Shown in pieces: positions 13,092 through 23,867 of a stretch of 64,000 nucleotides of DNA. The stretch spans positions 1 through 64,000 of the forward strand of contig CAVYNY010000019.1 of assembly GCA_963769935.1 (NCBI GenBank). Direction: 5' to 3'. The position numbers and the translations under genes are program-made. Each line of letters starts with the position of its first letter. The stretch's first letter is position 1. The DNA is from an uncultured delta proteobacterium. Lineage in GTDB: Bacteria > Desulfobacterota > Desulfobacteria > Desulfobacterales > JAFDCJ01. The notes under the pieces are model-generated. The model was not told the DNA's origin. It did no database searches and worked only from the letters and a program-made list of their open reading frames with translations.

Positions 13092-14612
13092 CTAATACGC
13101 TTTTGCAAAAACCGCCTGGATGTTGCCCGGCCTGCCGCAGCTGATGCAGGGGCCTTTCATTTTATCCTGTTCAAAAGGAATGCAGCGGATGGTCACCGCC
13201 AGATCATCTTTTATTTTCAGCTCGCACGCCGGCTCACCGCACCAGGAAGATACGGCAAATCCACCATGGATTTCCGGTTTTTCAGAATTTTGCGGCGTAA
13301 AAAAATCGTAAAAGGTTTTGCGGTCTTCAATGGCCACCGTATGATCCTGCTTGAAGGTCTCGGCCCGCCGATAGAGGGTGTCCTGGATATCATCCAGCAG
13401 CTGCGTTATCTGCGTCACAAACTGCTCAGTATCAACGGCGGTCTTTGCATTATGCGGTTTGTCGCGACGGCCGACATAAACGCAATTCCGGGCGATGTCT
13501 CTGGGGCCGATTTCAACCCGCAGCGGTATACCTTTTTTAATCCACTCCCAGCCCCGCGCGCCCCCGACATCGCGATCGTCGACTTCCACCACTAATTTGC
13601 GGTGGTGATAATAAATTTCCTTCAGCCGCTTGGCCAGATTTTCAGTGTAACTCATCACCATTTCCCGGTCTTCGACTTTTCTGAAAATCGGCAGCAGCAC
13701 AACGTGGGCCGAAGCCACTTTCGGAGGCAAAATTATACCGTCATCATCGCCGTGGCTCATGATCACCCCTCCGATTAACCGGGTGGAAGCACCCCACGAG
13801 GTGGTCCAAGCATAATCTTCGGTTTCCTGGGCCGTCTGAAATTTGATTTCGGATGCCCTGGCAAAATTTTGACCCAGAAAATGGGAAGTACCGGCTTGCA
13901 GCGCTTTGCAATCCTGCATCATGGCCTCAATACAAAGGGTGTCCACGGCACCGGGAAAGCGTTCGGCCGCACTTTTGGCACCCCGGATTACCGGCATCGC
14001 CAGATAATCCTCTGCCATCCGGGCATAGACTTCCAGCATCAGCTTCGTTCTTTCCATCGCTTCTTCTTTCGTCGAATGGGCCGTGTGCCCCTCCTGCCAT
14101 AAAAACTCGCTGGTTCTTAAAAACATGCGCGTGCGCATCTCCCAGCGGACCACATTGGCCCACTGGTTGATTAATATGGGCAAGTCCCGATAACTGCTGA
14201 TCCATTTGGAAAAAGAATCCCCGATAATGGTTTCGGACGTGGGTCGCACCACCAGTGGCTCCGTCAAAACCCCGGCCGGCCGCAGCGCTCCGGTGCCGTC
14301 TTTTTCCAGCCGGTGATGGGTAACCACCGCACATTCTTTGGCGAACCCCTCCACATGCGCGGCTTCTTTTTCCAGAAAGCTTAGGGGGATGAACAGTGGA
14401 AAATAGGCATTTTTGACACCGGTCGCTTTAAACATTTCATCCATTACGCGTACAATATTCTCCCAGAGGGCATACCCCCAGGGTTTGATGACCATGCATC
14501 CCCGGACCGGCGATCGCTCCGCCAAATCGGATGCTTTAATCACCTGCTGATACCACTCCGGATAATCCTCGGTCCTTGTCGGTTTAATTGCACTCTGCAC
14601 TGCGTTCCCCAT
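13092..14612 (-). CDS. proS: Proline--tRNA ligase (archaeal/eukaryotic-like short type)
   Basis: HVEGFAKE, RPTSET, NQWANVVRWE, FLRTSEFLWQEGHT, ALQAGTSHFLGQNF, C-terminal FAKAY. Confidence 0.97.
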   Translation of the reverse strand: MGNAVQSAIKPTRTEDYPEWYQQVIKASDLAERSPVRGCMVIKPWGYALWENIVRVMDEMFKATGVKNAYFPLFIPLSFLEKEAAHVEGFAKECAVVTHHRLEKDGTGALRPAGVLTEPLVVRPTSETIIGDSFSKWISSYRDLPILINQWANVVRWEMRTRMFLRTSEFLWQEGHTAHSTKEEAMERTKLMLEVYARMAEDYLAMPVIRGAKSAAERFPGAVDTLCIEAMMQDCKALQAGTSHFLGQNFARASEIKFQTAQETEDYAWTTSWGASTRLIGGVIMSHGDDDGIILPPKVASAHVVLLPIFRKVEDREMVMSYTENLAKRLKEIYYHHRKLVVEVDDRDVGGARGWEWIKKGIPLRVEIGPRDIARNCVYVGRRDKPHNAKTAVDTEQFVTQITQLLDDIQDTLYRRAETFKQDHTVAIEDRKTFYDFFTPQNSEKPEIHGGFAVSSWCGEPACELKIKDDLAVTIRCIPFEQDKMKGPCISCGRPGNIQAVFAKAY

Positions 14613-14646
14613 ATCGTTCCTTTCAGCAATAAAAATATGATTTTTA

Positions 14647-14769
14647 AACCGCAGAGTTCGCTGAGGACGCTGAGAAGATCATAATAAGATAAATGTATCG
14701 AGTTAAGAGAAAATTCTGAGAGCCCATTCTTTCTGAAAAATCTCTGCAGCCTCCGCGTGCTCTGCGGTT
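14647..14769. repeat. Inverted nonamer-arm element (CGCAGAGNN-type)
   Basis: AACCGCAGAG...CTCTGCGGTT exact 10-bp terminal inverted repeat, three 9-mers per arm. Confidence 0.8.
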
Positions 14770-14794
14770 AGCCAAGCGGTTACATTTATCGTCC

Positions 14795-15883
14795 TCAATC
14801 CTTCAGATCGCTGCGATTGCTTTCGTACTCTGCTACTTCAGCCATCAAAACTTCAACCAACTTTTCCTGCGGGAATTTTTTCACAACCTTTCCCTTGCGA
14901 AATAAAATGCCGGTCCCATCGGCGCCGGCAATACCGATATCCGCCTCCCGGGCCTCTCCGGGGCCGTTGACCACACACCCCATGATGGCAATTTTAATCG
15001 GCGCGGCGGTTGACAGCAGCGCTGCTTCAACCTGTTCCACAATTTTGAATAAATCAATGCTGCAGCGTCCACAAGTGGGGCAGGAAATGATCTCCGGCCC
15101 CCGCTGCCGGATGCCCAGCGCTCTCAAGATCTCATAGCCGACCCGTACTTCTTCAACCGGATCCCGTGTCAGCGAAACCCGGATTGTGTCGCCGATACCC
15201 TCGGCCAGCAGCGTTCCGATGCCCAGGGCCGACTTGACGATGCCCGCATAGAGGGTGCCGGCTTCGGTCACCCCAACGTGCAACGGCAGATCGGTTTTGC
15301 CGGACAGCATCCGGTAGGCTTCAACCGTGCGCGCTACATCCGATGCCTTTATAGAAACCTTTATCTCGTGAAAGTCAAGCGATTCCACCAGCTCAATGTT
15401 GTGCAGGGCACTTTCCACCATTGCCGCGGCGGTAACGCCATTGTATTTTTTAAGGATATCTTTCTCGAGCGAACCGGAATTGACACCGATGCGAATCGAG
15501 AGTCCCAAATCTTTGGCACAGTCCACCACCTCCCTGATTTTCCTTGCGCTGCCGATATTGCCGGGATTGATTCTCAGGCCGTCGGCGCCGGCGCGGGCCG
15601 CGGCAATGGCCAGCCGGTGGTCGAAATGAATATCTGCAATAAGCGGAATGGAGATTCCTGCTTTGATGGCCGAGACGGCCCGGGCGGCGTCCGCGTCCGG
15701 CACGGCCACCCTTATAATTTCACAACCGGATGCTTGCAGCCGCAGGATTTGTGAAACCGTGGCTTCAACATCCTGGGTCGGCGTATTGGTCATGGACTGA
15801 ACGGCAATCGGCGCCAAATCTCCCACGGGAACCGGGCCGACCATGATCCGACGCGTTTTTTTACGATTTGCTGTTAAAGACAT
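14795..15883 (-). CDS. ispG: 4-hydroxy-3-methylbut-2-en-1-yl diphosphate synthase
   Basis: VQSMTNT, ADIHFD, RINPGNIG, IGVNSGSL, GVTEAG, CPTCGR, MGCVVNGPGEA. Confidence 0.97.
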   Translation of the reverse strand: MSLTANRKKTRRIMVGPVPVGDLAPIAVQSMTNTPTQDVEATVSQILRLQASGCEIIRVAVPDADAARAVSAIKAGISIPLIADIHFDHRLAIAAARAGADGLRINPGNIGSARKIREVVDCAKDLGLSIRIGVNSGSLEKDILKKYNGVTAAAMVESALHNIELVESLDFHEIKVSIKASDVARTVEAYRMLSGKTDLPLHVGVTEAGTLYAGIVKSALGIGTLLAEGIGDTIRVSLTRDPVEEVRVGYEILRALGIRQRGPEIISCPTCGRCSIDLFKIVEQVEAALLSTAAPIKIAIMGCVVNGPGEAREADIGIAGADGTGILFRKGKVVKKFPQEKLVEVLMAEVAEYESNRSDLKD

Positions 15884-16118
15884 AGTAAAATATTGGTTGT
15901 ACCGAACCCCCCATCGAAAATTCGAGACCGGCATTCATTCAATTGCAAATGAAAGCCGATTTGTGCTATACTTCAACGAAATTTTTCAGTTGCAATGGCC
16001 ATGAAATTATCAAACAAGGCAATTTTATTCAAGCCTAGAATTGGGCCGGCTTCGAATCCTTATTCAAATATATTTTGATTTAAATGGTCTTTGTCAATAT
16101 AAAAAGGAGAGCAGCGCT

Positions 16119-16553
16119 ATGCAGCATGCAAAAGGACAGAAATTTTCAGAAAAACACGGAGCGGGTGCTCAGGTTGACCCCGCGATCAAAGCCGAAATTG
16201 AAAAAAAAGCCGTCGCTGGTGAAGTAGCCTGTGCGGCGGCTTTTCAGATCGCCGATGCGCTCGGCATTCTCCCCGCCGATGTCGGCAGGACCATGGACTT
16301 ATTGGAACTTAGAATAAATAAATGTCAATTGGGATTATTCGGCTATAAGCCCGATAAGAAAGCCGTTAAACCCAAAAAGCCTGCGAGCCGACAGATGGAA
16401 GACGCCGTCCGAAATGCCTTGGTTGACGGCAAACTGGCCTGCCGCGATGCATGGAGCATTGCCCGTAACTTCAACGTGCCGAAAATGTCCGTCAGCGCCG
16501 TCTGCGAAGCTCTTGGCATCAAAATAAAGCCTTGCCAGCTGGGAGCATTTTAG
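16119..16553 (+). CDS. Hypothetical protein with two tandem CxxA..IA...KCQLGxF domains
   Basis: Internal duplication VACAAAFQIA...INKCQLGLF / LACRDAWSIA...IKPCQLGAF; AAGGAG RBS. Confidence 0.75.
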   Translation: MQHAKGQKFSEKHGAGAQVDPAIKAEIEKKAVAGEVACAAAFQIADALGILPADVGRTMDLLELRINKCQLGLFGYKPDKKAVKPKKPASRQMEDAVRNALVDGKLACRDAWSIARNFNVPKMSVSAVCEALGIKIKPCQLGAF

Positions 16554-16758
16554 CCTTATCTGAACCATACCGCCCCAAAAACAGCTAAATTTTAGCCATG
16601 AAAATGCCGATAGCATCAGATAAGTGTTATGGCTCCGCCCTGAAAAATAGCTCAACCAGGTTTGGATAAAACATCCCGGACCGATTGAGACTGAAAGAAT
16701 ATCGCTGCTGCCGGGCGGATTCATAAACCGACAAAACCATCTTTGCAGGTTATTTCCT

Positions 16759-18177
16759 TTGAAATCTACGGCAATCAACAAAATTTTCAATGAACGGCGG
16801 GCCCTTCAGCTGGTTATTGTTGTGCTGTGGATTACGGGAATTCTCTATCTAGCTTATCCAATCGTCAATGATTACAGGTTTGTTACCCTGCACAAAGTTG
16901 TTAAAGCCGGCCAGATTACCGTCATAACCCGCAACACGCCGCACTGCTATTATCTTTATCAAGATGAACCCATGGGCTTTGAGTATGAATTGGCGCAGGA
17001 GTTTGCGAATTATTTAGGGGTCGAACTGAAAATACATATTGCCAAAAGTTGGGAGGGCATGATGCCATTGCTGAAGGATGGCGCCGGCGGTTTTATTGCC
17101 GCCGGTATGGCCATAACCCCGAAAAGGCGCAAGCAGGTCGCCTTTTCAGATGGGTACATGGACATTCAACAGCAGCTCATTGCGAATCGGAATGATGCCA
17201 AAATAAAGAAACTCGAGGATTTGAGCGGTAAAACCATTCATGTTCGCAGGGCAACTCCTTACCAGGAACGCCTGGAGGAGCTCCAAGAGCAGGGATATCA
17301 CTTTAAAATCAAACTGTACAAGGATCTGCCTACGGAAGAATTGATTCAGCAAGTGGCCAGCGGTGAAATCGGATTTACCGTGGCCGACAGCAATATCGCT
17401 TTGCTTAACCGACGCCATTATCCCAACGCCGTTATTGTCCGCCCTATCAGCGAATTAGAGCATCTTGGCTGGGCCGTGCACCCGAAAGCCTTGCAGTTGA
17501 AGGACAAAATAAATTCTTTTTTCTCAGCAATCAAGCAAAACGGCAGATTTAATGAAATTTACAACAAATACTATGGTGACGTTGAAGAGTTTGATTTCGT
17601 CGATCTGAGGGCCTTTCATCGCAGCATCAAAGATAATCTATCCCGCTACAGCCCGTTTATCAAAGCCGCGGCCAAAAAATATGGATTTGACTGGCGTTTG
17701 ATTGCAGCCCAGATTTATCAGGAATCCCATCTGGATCCATTGGCCAAAAGCCAGGCCGGTGCGCGTGGATTAATGCAGCTTCTCCCCAGCACGGCCCGCA
17801 GCCTGGATGTCAAAGATATTCAAAATCCGGTGGAAAATATCAATGCCGGGGTTCAGCACCTAAAATATCTCTTCGACCGCTTCGATAAGGCACCGGACTC
17901 CGACCGAATGCATATCGCCCTGGCTGCCTATAATGTCGGACATGGGCATGTTGAAGATGCCCGTGACCTGGCTGCCAGCATGCATCTCGATCCCAACTCC
18001 TGGGAATCGTTGGAAAAAACCCTTCCGCTCTTAAGATACCGAAAGTATTATAAAAATGCCAAATACGGCTATTGCCGCGGCACTGAGCCCGTCACTTATA
18101 TCAAGCAGATTATGATCTATTACGATATCTTAAAGCGCCAGGGCATTGAATACGGGGAGGTGCAGGCGAGTCTGTGA
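16759..18177 (+). CDS. mltF: Membrane-bound lytic murein transglycosylase F
   Basis: SBP_bac_3 domain (GFEYELA) plus SLT domain (DWRLIAAQIYQES, GARGLMQL, ALAAYNVG, YGYCRG.EPV). Confidence 0.92.
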   Translation: MKSTAINKIFNERRALQLVIVVLWITGILYLAYPIVNDYRFVTLHKVVKAGQITVITRNTPHCYYLYQDEPMGFEYELAQEFANYLGVELKIHIAKSWEGMMPLLKDGAGGFIAAGMAITPKRRKQVAFSDGYMDIQQQLIANRNDAKIKKLEDLSGKTIHVRRATPYQERLEELQEQGYHFKIKLYKDLPTEELIQQVASGEIGFTVADSNIALLNRRHYPNAVIVRPISELEHLGWAVHPKALQLKDKINSFFSAIKQNGRFNEIYNKYYGDVEEFDFVDLRAFHRSIKDNLSRYSPFIKAAAKKYGFDWRLIAAQIYQESHLDPLAKSQAGARGLMQLLPSTARSLDVKDIQNPVENINAGVQHLKYLFDRFDKAPDSDRMHIALAAYNVGHGHVEDARDLAASMHLDPNSWESLEKTLPLLRYRKYYKNAKYGYCRGTEPVTYIKQIMIYYDILKRQGIEYGEVQASL

Positions 18178-18187
18178 AACCTCCGAA

Positions 18188-18307
18188 ATTGAATATTTTC
18201 GATTGAAGATTGAATATTTAAGGATCGCCTTCAGCGCATCAATTTCAACTAAGACGAAGCGAAGCGACATCCATCAATCTTCAATTTGCAATCTGCAATT
18301 TTCAATT
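18188..18307. repeat. Inverted heptamer-arm element, family D, copy 2
   Basis: attgaat attttcg attgaag attgaat atttaagg ... agcgaagcga catccat caatctt caatttg caatctg caatttt caat. Confidence 0.85.
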
Positions 18308-18367
18308 CCGCTTTGTCCGGATTAGGACACGGATGCCCAAGAAAACCACATCACCCGGGGTGATCAC

Positions 18368-19009
18368 CTAACCTAGAAACGAGGCGTGCGCCCCCACAAA
18401 AGGATTGGTACGCCTTTCTTCTCCGATGGTCGTCGTCGGACCATGCCCCGGATAGACCGTCACGTCATCATTCAGAGCAAACAGTTTCTGCTGGATACTC
18501 TTTTTGATCGTCGCAAAGCTGCCGCCCGCAAAATCGGTGCGGCCGATTGAACCTGCAAATAAGGTGTCACCCACAAAAACTTCCCGGTCCGTGCACAGCG
18601 AAATTCCGCCCGGCGTGTGCCCGGGAGTGTGAATCACCTTTAAAATAATGCTGCCGAAGGTGACTTCATCTCCGTCCTCAAGTTCACGGTCCGGCGGAGG
18701 TGAGTTAACCGCAGTAATGCCCCAGGCGGCAGCGCTGCTGGCAACCTGGTTGAGCATCGCAGCGTCCAGGGGGTGGATGAGAATCGGAGCGCCGGTTACT
18801 TCCTTCAATCTTTTGTTGGCGCCCACGTGGTCCAGATGACCGTGGGTGTTGATGATATATGTGACGCTCAGGCCGGATTCAGCCAGAGATCGTAGAATTC
18901 GATCAGCTTCATCTCCCGGATCAATAACCGCGGCCTCGTGCGTCTCTTCACAGCCCAGGATAAAAGAATTTGCCATAATCGGCCCAACAACCAGTGTCTT
19001 AATGATCAA
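18368..19009 (-). CDS. MBL-fold metallo-hydrolase (glyoxalase II-like)
   Basis: THGHLDHVG, HTPGHTPG, GDTLF.GSIGRTD, PGHG. Confidence 0.92.
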   Translation of the reverse strand: MIIKTLVVGPIMANSFILGCEETHEAAVIDPGDEADRILRSLAESGLSVTYIINTHGHLDHVGANKRLKEVTGAPILIHPLDAAMLNQVASSAAAWGITAVNSPPPDRELEDGDEVTFGSIILKVIHTPGHTPGGISLCTDREVFVGDTLFAGSIGRTDFAGGSFATIKKSIQQKLFALNDDVTVYPGHGPTTTIGEERRTNPFVGAHASFLG

Positions 19010-19010
19010 A

Positions 19011-19445
19011 TCAGTCTCCTGTCTTTTTTAAGGTACCCTCTTTCGCCAATTCCGCCCGAATGCTGTCCATGATGCCGTTAATAAAGGCTCCGGACTCCTC
19101 AGTGCCGAATTTTTTGCCGATATCAACCGCTTCGTTGATGGATACTTTCGGCGGTATGTCCTGGCAATACAACAATTCGTAAACCGCAATCCGCATCACG
19201 TTGCGATCGACACAGGACATGCGCCCTATTTTCCAATTCTTAGAAAATCGTTCGATCAAGGCATCGATCTCAACTTTGGCCGCCAGCACACCTTTTACCA
19301 GCTCTGCAAAAAAGGGTTCGGACTTTTGGGGAGGACGAAAAATTTTGCAGAAGTGCCGTAGCATCTGCGGTGATGCCTCGTTTTGCATATCCATGTAAAA
19401 GAGCGCCTGCATGGCGAGCTCTCGCGCCTGGCGACGAGTACCCAT
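19011..19445 (-). CDS. nusB: Transcription antitermination factor NusB
   Basis: RRQARELAMQALF, DRNVMR, INEAVDIGKKFG, FINGIMD. Confidence 0.96.
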   Translation of the reverse strand: MGTRRQARELAMQALFYMDMQNEASPQMLRHFCKIFRPPQKSEPFFAELVKGVLAAKVEIDALIERFSKNWKIGRMSCVDRNVMRIAVYELLYCQDIPPKVSINEAVDIGKKFGTEESGAFINGIMDSIRAELAKEGTLKKTGD

Positions 19446-19450
19446 GATGG

Positions 19451-19921
19451 TTACGATTCGATAATTTCAAATAGGTTGGCCATCTCCACGGCGGCGATAG
19501 CCGCACTCCAGCCTTTATTGCCGGCTTTGGTGCCTGCGCGTTCGATTGCCTGTTCAATGGTATCGGTGGTAATGACCCCGAAGATAACCGGGACTTCGGA
19601 TTCCATGCCCACCATGGCGACTCCTTTCGACACCTCGGCACTGACATAATCAAAATGCGGGGTTGACCCCCGGATAACCGCCCCCAGACAAATAACCGCA
19701 TCAAAGCGGTTTGTTTTTGCCATTTTTTTGGCGACCACCGGAATTTCAAAGGCGCCCGGGACCCTGACGACCTCGATATCTTCATCCGCTGTCCCACTGC
19801 GAACCAATGCGTCCAATGCCCCGCTCAGTAGCTTTTCTGTAATAAAATCGTTAAACCGGCTTACAACCACAGCAAACTTCTTGCCTTCGGCAATGAGCTT
19901 CGCATCAAGAAATTTCGGCAT
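19451..19921 (-). CDS. ribH: 6,7-dimethyl-8-ribityllumazine synthase
   Basis: [41 protein letters not shown]. Confidence 0.97.
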   Translation of the reverse strand: MPKFLDAKLIAEGKKFAVVVSRFNDFITEKLLSGALDALVRSGTADEDIEVVRVPGAFEIPVVAKKMAKTNRFDAVICLGAVIRGSTPHFDYVSAEVSKGVAMVGMESEVPVIFGVITTDTIEQAIERAGTKAGNKGWSAAIAAVEMANLFEIIES

Positions 19922-19950
19922 ATACGTTCCTTTCGTCGAGTTCGTTGGGA

Positions 19951-21165
19951 TCACGGATTAGCATCAATATGGAGAAGGTGCCCCATTTTTAGTTTTTTGC
20001 ATTCCAGATAACATTTGTTGTACGGATTGGGAGCGATTTCGATGGGGACCTGTTCAACAATCTTGAGACCGTAGCCTTCAAGACCGACCATTTTTTTGGG
20101 ATTGTTGGTCAAAAGCCTCATTTTTCGGACGCCGAGATCGACCAGGATTTGCGCCCCGATACCATAGTTGCGCATATCCGCCTTAAAACCCAGTTTTTTG
20201 TTGGCCTCAACGGTATCATATCCCTCATCCTGCAGAGCATAAGCCTTGATCTTATTGACAAGACCGATGCCGCGCCCTTCCTGCCGGATATACAGCAGTA
20301 CGCCGGAACCTTCTTCTTCCATTGTCTGCATGGCTTTGCGCAGCTGCGGCCCGCAATCGCAGCGCATGGAACCGAAAATATCGCCGGTCAAACACTCGGA
20401 GTGGACGCGCACCAGAATCGGCTGCTCCGGATCGATTTCACCTTTGACCATGGCAATGTGCAACAGATTATCCACGTCATTCTCATAGACAATGGCCCTG
20501 AATTCGCCGGCCACTGTGGTGGGAATACTCGTTTCCGCAGCTCGCCGCACAAAAGATTCCGTTCGCATGCGGTATTCTATTAAATCTGCAATGGTGCAAA
20601 TGCCGATGCCGTGTTTTTCACTGAATTTTTCAAGGGTCGGCATTCTGGCCATGGTACCGTCGTCGTCCATAATTTCACAAATCACGCCGGCCGGCTTCAT
20701 ATGCGCAAGGCGGGCGAGATCTACCGCACCCTCGGTCTGACCGGCTCTGACCATCACGCCGCCTTCCCTGGCCCGGAGAGGGAAAACATGGCCGGGTCTC
20801 ACCAGATCACGGGGGCTGGCGTCATCCGCGACGGCGGTTAGGATAGTGGTCGCCCGGTCAGCCGCCGATATTCCGGTGGTTACACCGCACCTGGCTTCAA
20901 CGGATACTGTAAATCCGGTCCCGTAAGGCGACGTATTATTGTCAACCATCAACGGCAGATCCAGGGCGTCGATTTTCTCCGCCGTCATGGGAAGGCAGAT
21001 AAGTCCACGACCGAACCTAGCCATAAAATTAATGGCTTCCGGGGTTACCTTCTCAGCCGCGAGGCAAAGGTCACCTTCATTTTCTCGGTCCTCATCGTCC
21101 ACGAGGATAACCATTTGCCCTTCTTTGATTTTTTCGATAGCCTCTTCGATAGTAATATGTGGCAT
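19951..21165 (-). CDS. ribBA: Bifunctional DHBP synthase / GTP cyclohydrolase II
   Basis: [48 protein letters not shown]. Confidence 0.97.
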   Translation of the reverse strand: MPHITIEEAIEKIKEGQMVILVDDEDRENEGDLCLAAEKVTPEAINFMARFGRGLICLPMTAEKIDALDLPLMVDNNTSPYGTGFTVSVEARCGVTTGISAADRATTILTAVADDASPRDLVRPGHVFPLRAREGGVMVRAGQTEGAVDLARLAHMKPAGVICEIMDDDGTMARMPTLEKFSEKHGIGICTIADLIEYRMRTESFVRRAAETSIPTTVAGEFRAIVYENDVDNLLHIAMVKGEIDPEQPILVRVHSECLTGDIFGSMRCDCGPQLRKAMQTMEEEGSGVLLYIRQEGRGIGLVNKIKAYALQDEGYDTVEANKKLGFKADMRNYGIGAQILVDLGVRKMRLLTNNPKKMVGLEGYGLKIVEQVPIEIAPNPYNKCYLECKKLKMGHLLHIDANP

Positions 21166-21250
21166 TTTTCCTTTATGCTCCGATTTTTAGCGCTTATTTT
21201 AAAGCAGCTCAACTGCTGCTGCAATTCATTCTATATCAAATACCGGCTTG

Positions 21251-21919
21251 CTAATCAATAAAACCGGCTTTGATTAAATAATCCCGATCAAGAACCGGCC
21301 CTCCGCTGGCCGGGCTTTTGAGCTCCGGCGGCCCCCCCCTTACAAACCGTTCAACATATTTGCCGATCATATCGGCTTCTATATTCACCCGATCGCCTCT
21401 GCTTTTGAAACCAATCGTCGTCAGTTTAGCGGTGTGCGGGATTATGCTGACAGAGAAACTGCTGTTGTCGCAGTCATTGACGGTCAAGCTTACCCCGTCT
21501 ACGGCAACCGAGCCCTTGGCGATCATATAGCGCGCGAGTGACTCGGCAACTGCAATGGTAACGATGATGGCATTGCTCAGAGGCTCGCGCTGCTTGATGA
21601 TGCCCGTGCCGTCAACATGTCCGGCAACCAAATGCCCGTCAATACGGTCTGATAGGCGCAGGGAGCGTTCGAGATTTACCCGGTCGCCGACTTTAGCCTT
21701 GTCAAACGTGGTAATATGGAGTGTTTCAGGCGAGACATCCACTTCAAAACGTCGGCCGTCAATCTCGACTGCCGTCAGGCAGGCACCGTTGACAGATATG
21801 CTGTCTCCGATTTTGGTCTGATCCAGCAAAAAATCGGCCTCAATTGCCAGCCGCTTGCCCCAGCCGGTCGAACGGACGCCGCTAATACTACCAAAGCCTT
21901 CTATGATACCGGTGAACAT
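21251..21919 (-). CDS. ribE: Riboflavin synthase (alpha)
   Basis: MFTGII, GDSISVNGACLT, VNLER, GHLVAGHVDG, KGSVAVDGVSLT. Confidence 0.96.
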   Translation of the reverse strand: MFTGIIEGFGSISGVRSTGWGKRLAIEADFLLDQTKIGDSISVNGACLTAVEIDGRRFEVDVSPETLHITTFDKAKVGDRVNLERSLRLSDRIDGHLVAGHVDGTGIIKQREPLSNAIIVTIAVAESLARYMIAKGSVAVDGVSLTVNDCDNSSFSVSIIPHTAKLTTIGFKSRGDRVNIEADMIGKYVERFVRGGPPELKSPASGGPVLDRDYLIKAGFID

Positions 21920-21986
21920 AGTATGATCGTTTCGTTCCTAACGAACTAAACCAATTCAATATAACAATTATTCCGTAATTTACAAC

Positions 21987-23080
21987 CTACCGAATATATC
22001 CCTCGATCATGACATCATCGCCAAATCGTTGGATACCAATATCGCTGACAGCGATGCTCTGGTTCATAAACTCTGCGCCCGGACCGCTGCAAATCGGCAC
22101 GCCGTCGTCGCCGCCTAAAATTTTAGGCGCATAAAAAAAGAACACTTTGTCCACAATTCCGGCTTTAAACGCTGAAGCCAACACCCGGCTGCCGCCCTCA
22201 ACCAATACACTGGCCAACTGCAGGGCGCCTAGCTGGTCCATTAAAGCGTCCATGTCAATCAGCCCATTTTTAAGGGCCGCCGGGAGCACGCGAGTGCCCT
22301 CCTTCTCAAAGGCTTTCATTTTGTCCTGTGCAACCGCCTTGCCAGCCACCAGAATAGTATCAGCATTGGAGTTTTGCCGCAACAGCCTGGCATCCGGTGA
22401 AATGGAAAGGTGGGTGTCCAGAACAATCCTCACCGGATCCTTGCCCCGGCCGGTTGGAAGACGGGTAGTCAGGCTCGGATTGTCCTTTCGAACCGTATTA
22501 ATACCCACCAGGATGGCATCCACGGCATGCCGCAGCCGATGAACGAACTCCCGTGCGCTCTCCCCGGTCACCCATCTGGAATCCCCGGTACGGGTGGCAA
22601 TTCGACCATCCAGCGTGGCGGCACATTTTGCCATTACAAAAGGCCGGCCGGTGGAGACATATTTTATGAAGATCTCATTCAGTTTTTGAGCTTTTTCCCG
22701 GCAAACACCTATTTCGACCTGGATTCCCTTCTGTTTTAATAAATCGGCCCCGCCGCCGGCCACTTTCCGGTTAGGATCGCGCATAGCGATCACCACCCGG
22801 CGAATGCCGGCCTCGATTATCTTATAAGTACAGGGAGGGGTGCGGCCTGTATGGTTGCAGGGCTCCAAAGTCACATACAGGGTTGCCCCTTCGGCCAGAT
22901 TGCCCGCCGCATCAATGGCGTTTACTTCCGCATGGGGCTGGCCGACCCTCTCGTGAAATCCGCGGCCGACGACCCGGCCGTCTTTTACCACCACCGCACC
23001 GACCAGGGGATTCGGGGAGGTAAATCCCTCCCCCCCGTCGCCAGTTCCAAAGCCATTTGCATGAAGTATTGGTCGTCCAT
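21987..23080 (-). CDS. ribD: Riboflavin biosynthesis deaminase/reductase, apparent homopolymer frameshift near 23035
   Basis: TSPNPLVG, HAEV, TLEPCNH.GRTPPC, LDGRIAT, VEGG; true start MDDQYFM at 23080 in a shifted frame. Confidence 0.93.
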
Positions 23081-23092
23081 TTCTAAACGATC

Positions 23093-23563
23093 TCAACCAC
23101 CTAACTTTTCTTGATTGCTTAACAGGCTTTTTAATTCGGATACAAAATCGTTTACATCTTTAAATTCCCGATAAACCGATGCAAACCGCACATAGGCGAC
23201 GTCATCCAGGTCATGCAGCTTGGCCATGATCTTTTCACCGACGACGGAAGCCGGCAATTCCTTTTCGCCGATTTCTCGCAAGTCACGCTCCAGGTCATCA
23301 ATGAATTCTTCAATGACATTCATGCTGATATTGCGTTTTTCGCAGGCTTTGCTGATTCCGGACCGCACTTTTTCCCGGTTAAAAACTTCCCGCCGTCCAT
23401 CCTTTTTAATGATCATTATGGGTATCTCTTCAATGTGCTCATAGGTGGTAAAACGCCGGCTGCAGTCAATGCATTCTCTGCGTCGACGGATCACGCTTGC
23501 GTCCTTGCTCAGCCTGGAATCGATAACTTTGTTGTCAATTTCCCCGCAATATGGACATTTCAT
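23093..23563 (-). CDS. nrdR: Transcriptional repressor NrdR
   Basis: [33 protein letters not shown]. Confidence 0.97.
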   Translation of the reverse strand: MKCPYCGEIDNKVIDSRLSKDASVIRRRRECIDCSRRFTTYEHIEEIPIMIIKKDGRREVFNREKVRSGISKACEKRNISMNVIEEFIDDLERDLREIGEKELPASVVGEKIMAKLHDLDDVAYVRFASVYREFKDVNDFVSELKSLLSNQEKLGG

Positions 23564-23781
23564 GTGCGTCTCCCCCGCTTATCGGACATTATCGGTTTCA
23601 ACTCGATCTTTGCCTATACCGCCGGCTTTTGGGCCAAGGGATTTTCTATCCGGATGGAGCGGATACTATCCGCCAATTTGCATAACCGCAAGAAAAAAAT
23701 GCAGAAACCTGACCTGGTGGCCCCACCGACTGTGGGGTTTTGCTTCACCCCAGAGCGGAAATGTTTGCAGCCAGATTAGCC

Positions 23782-23850
23782 ATGGAATTATGGAATGGTG
23801 GCCTCCGGCTCGTAGAGCCTACGGATCGGAGAGAATAATGGAATATTTGG
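23782..23850. repeat. Octamer array (TGGAATNA-type) interrupted by a roughly 30-bp imperfect palindrome
   Basis: atggaatt atggaatg gtg[gcctccggctcgtagagcctacggatcggaga]gaata atggaata. Confidence 0.65.
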
Positions 23851-23867
23851 CGGCAGATAGTAAAAAT

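Noticed and set aside
23700..23783. Small selenoprotein on the minus strand (MANLAANISALG-TGA-SK followed by a CCCCAC/GTGGGG hairpin)
   Set aside because: No RBS, no recognisable selenoprotein family, and it is contiguous with a repeat array; more likely part of a repeat element.
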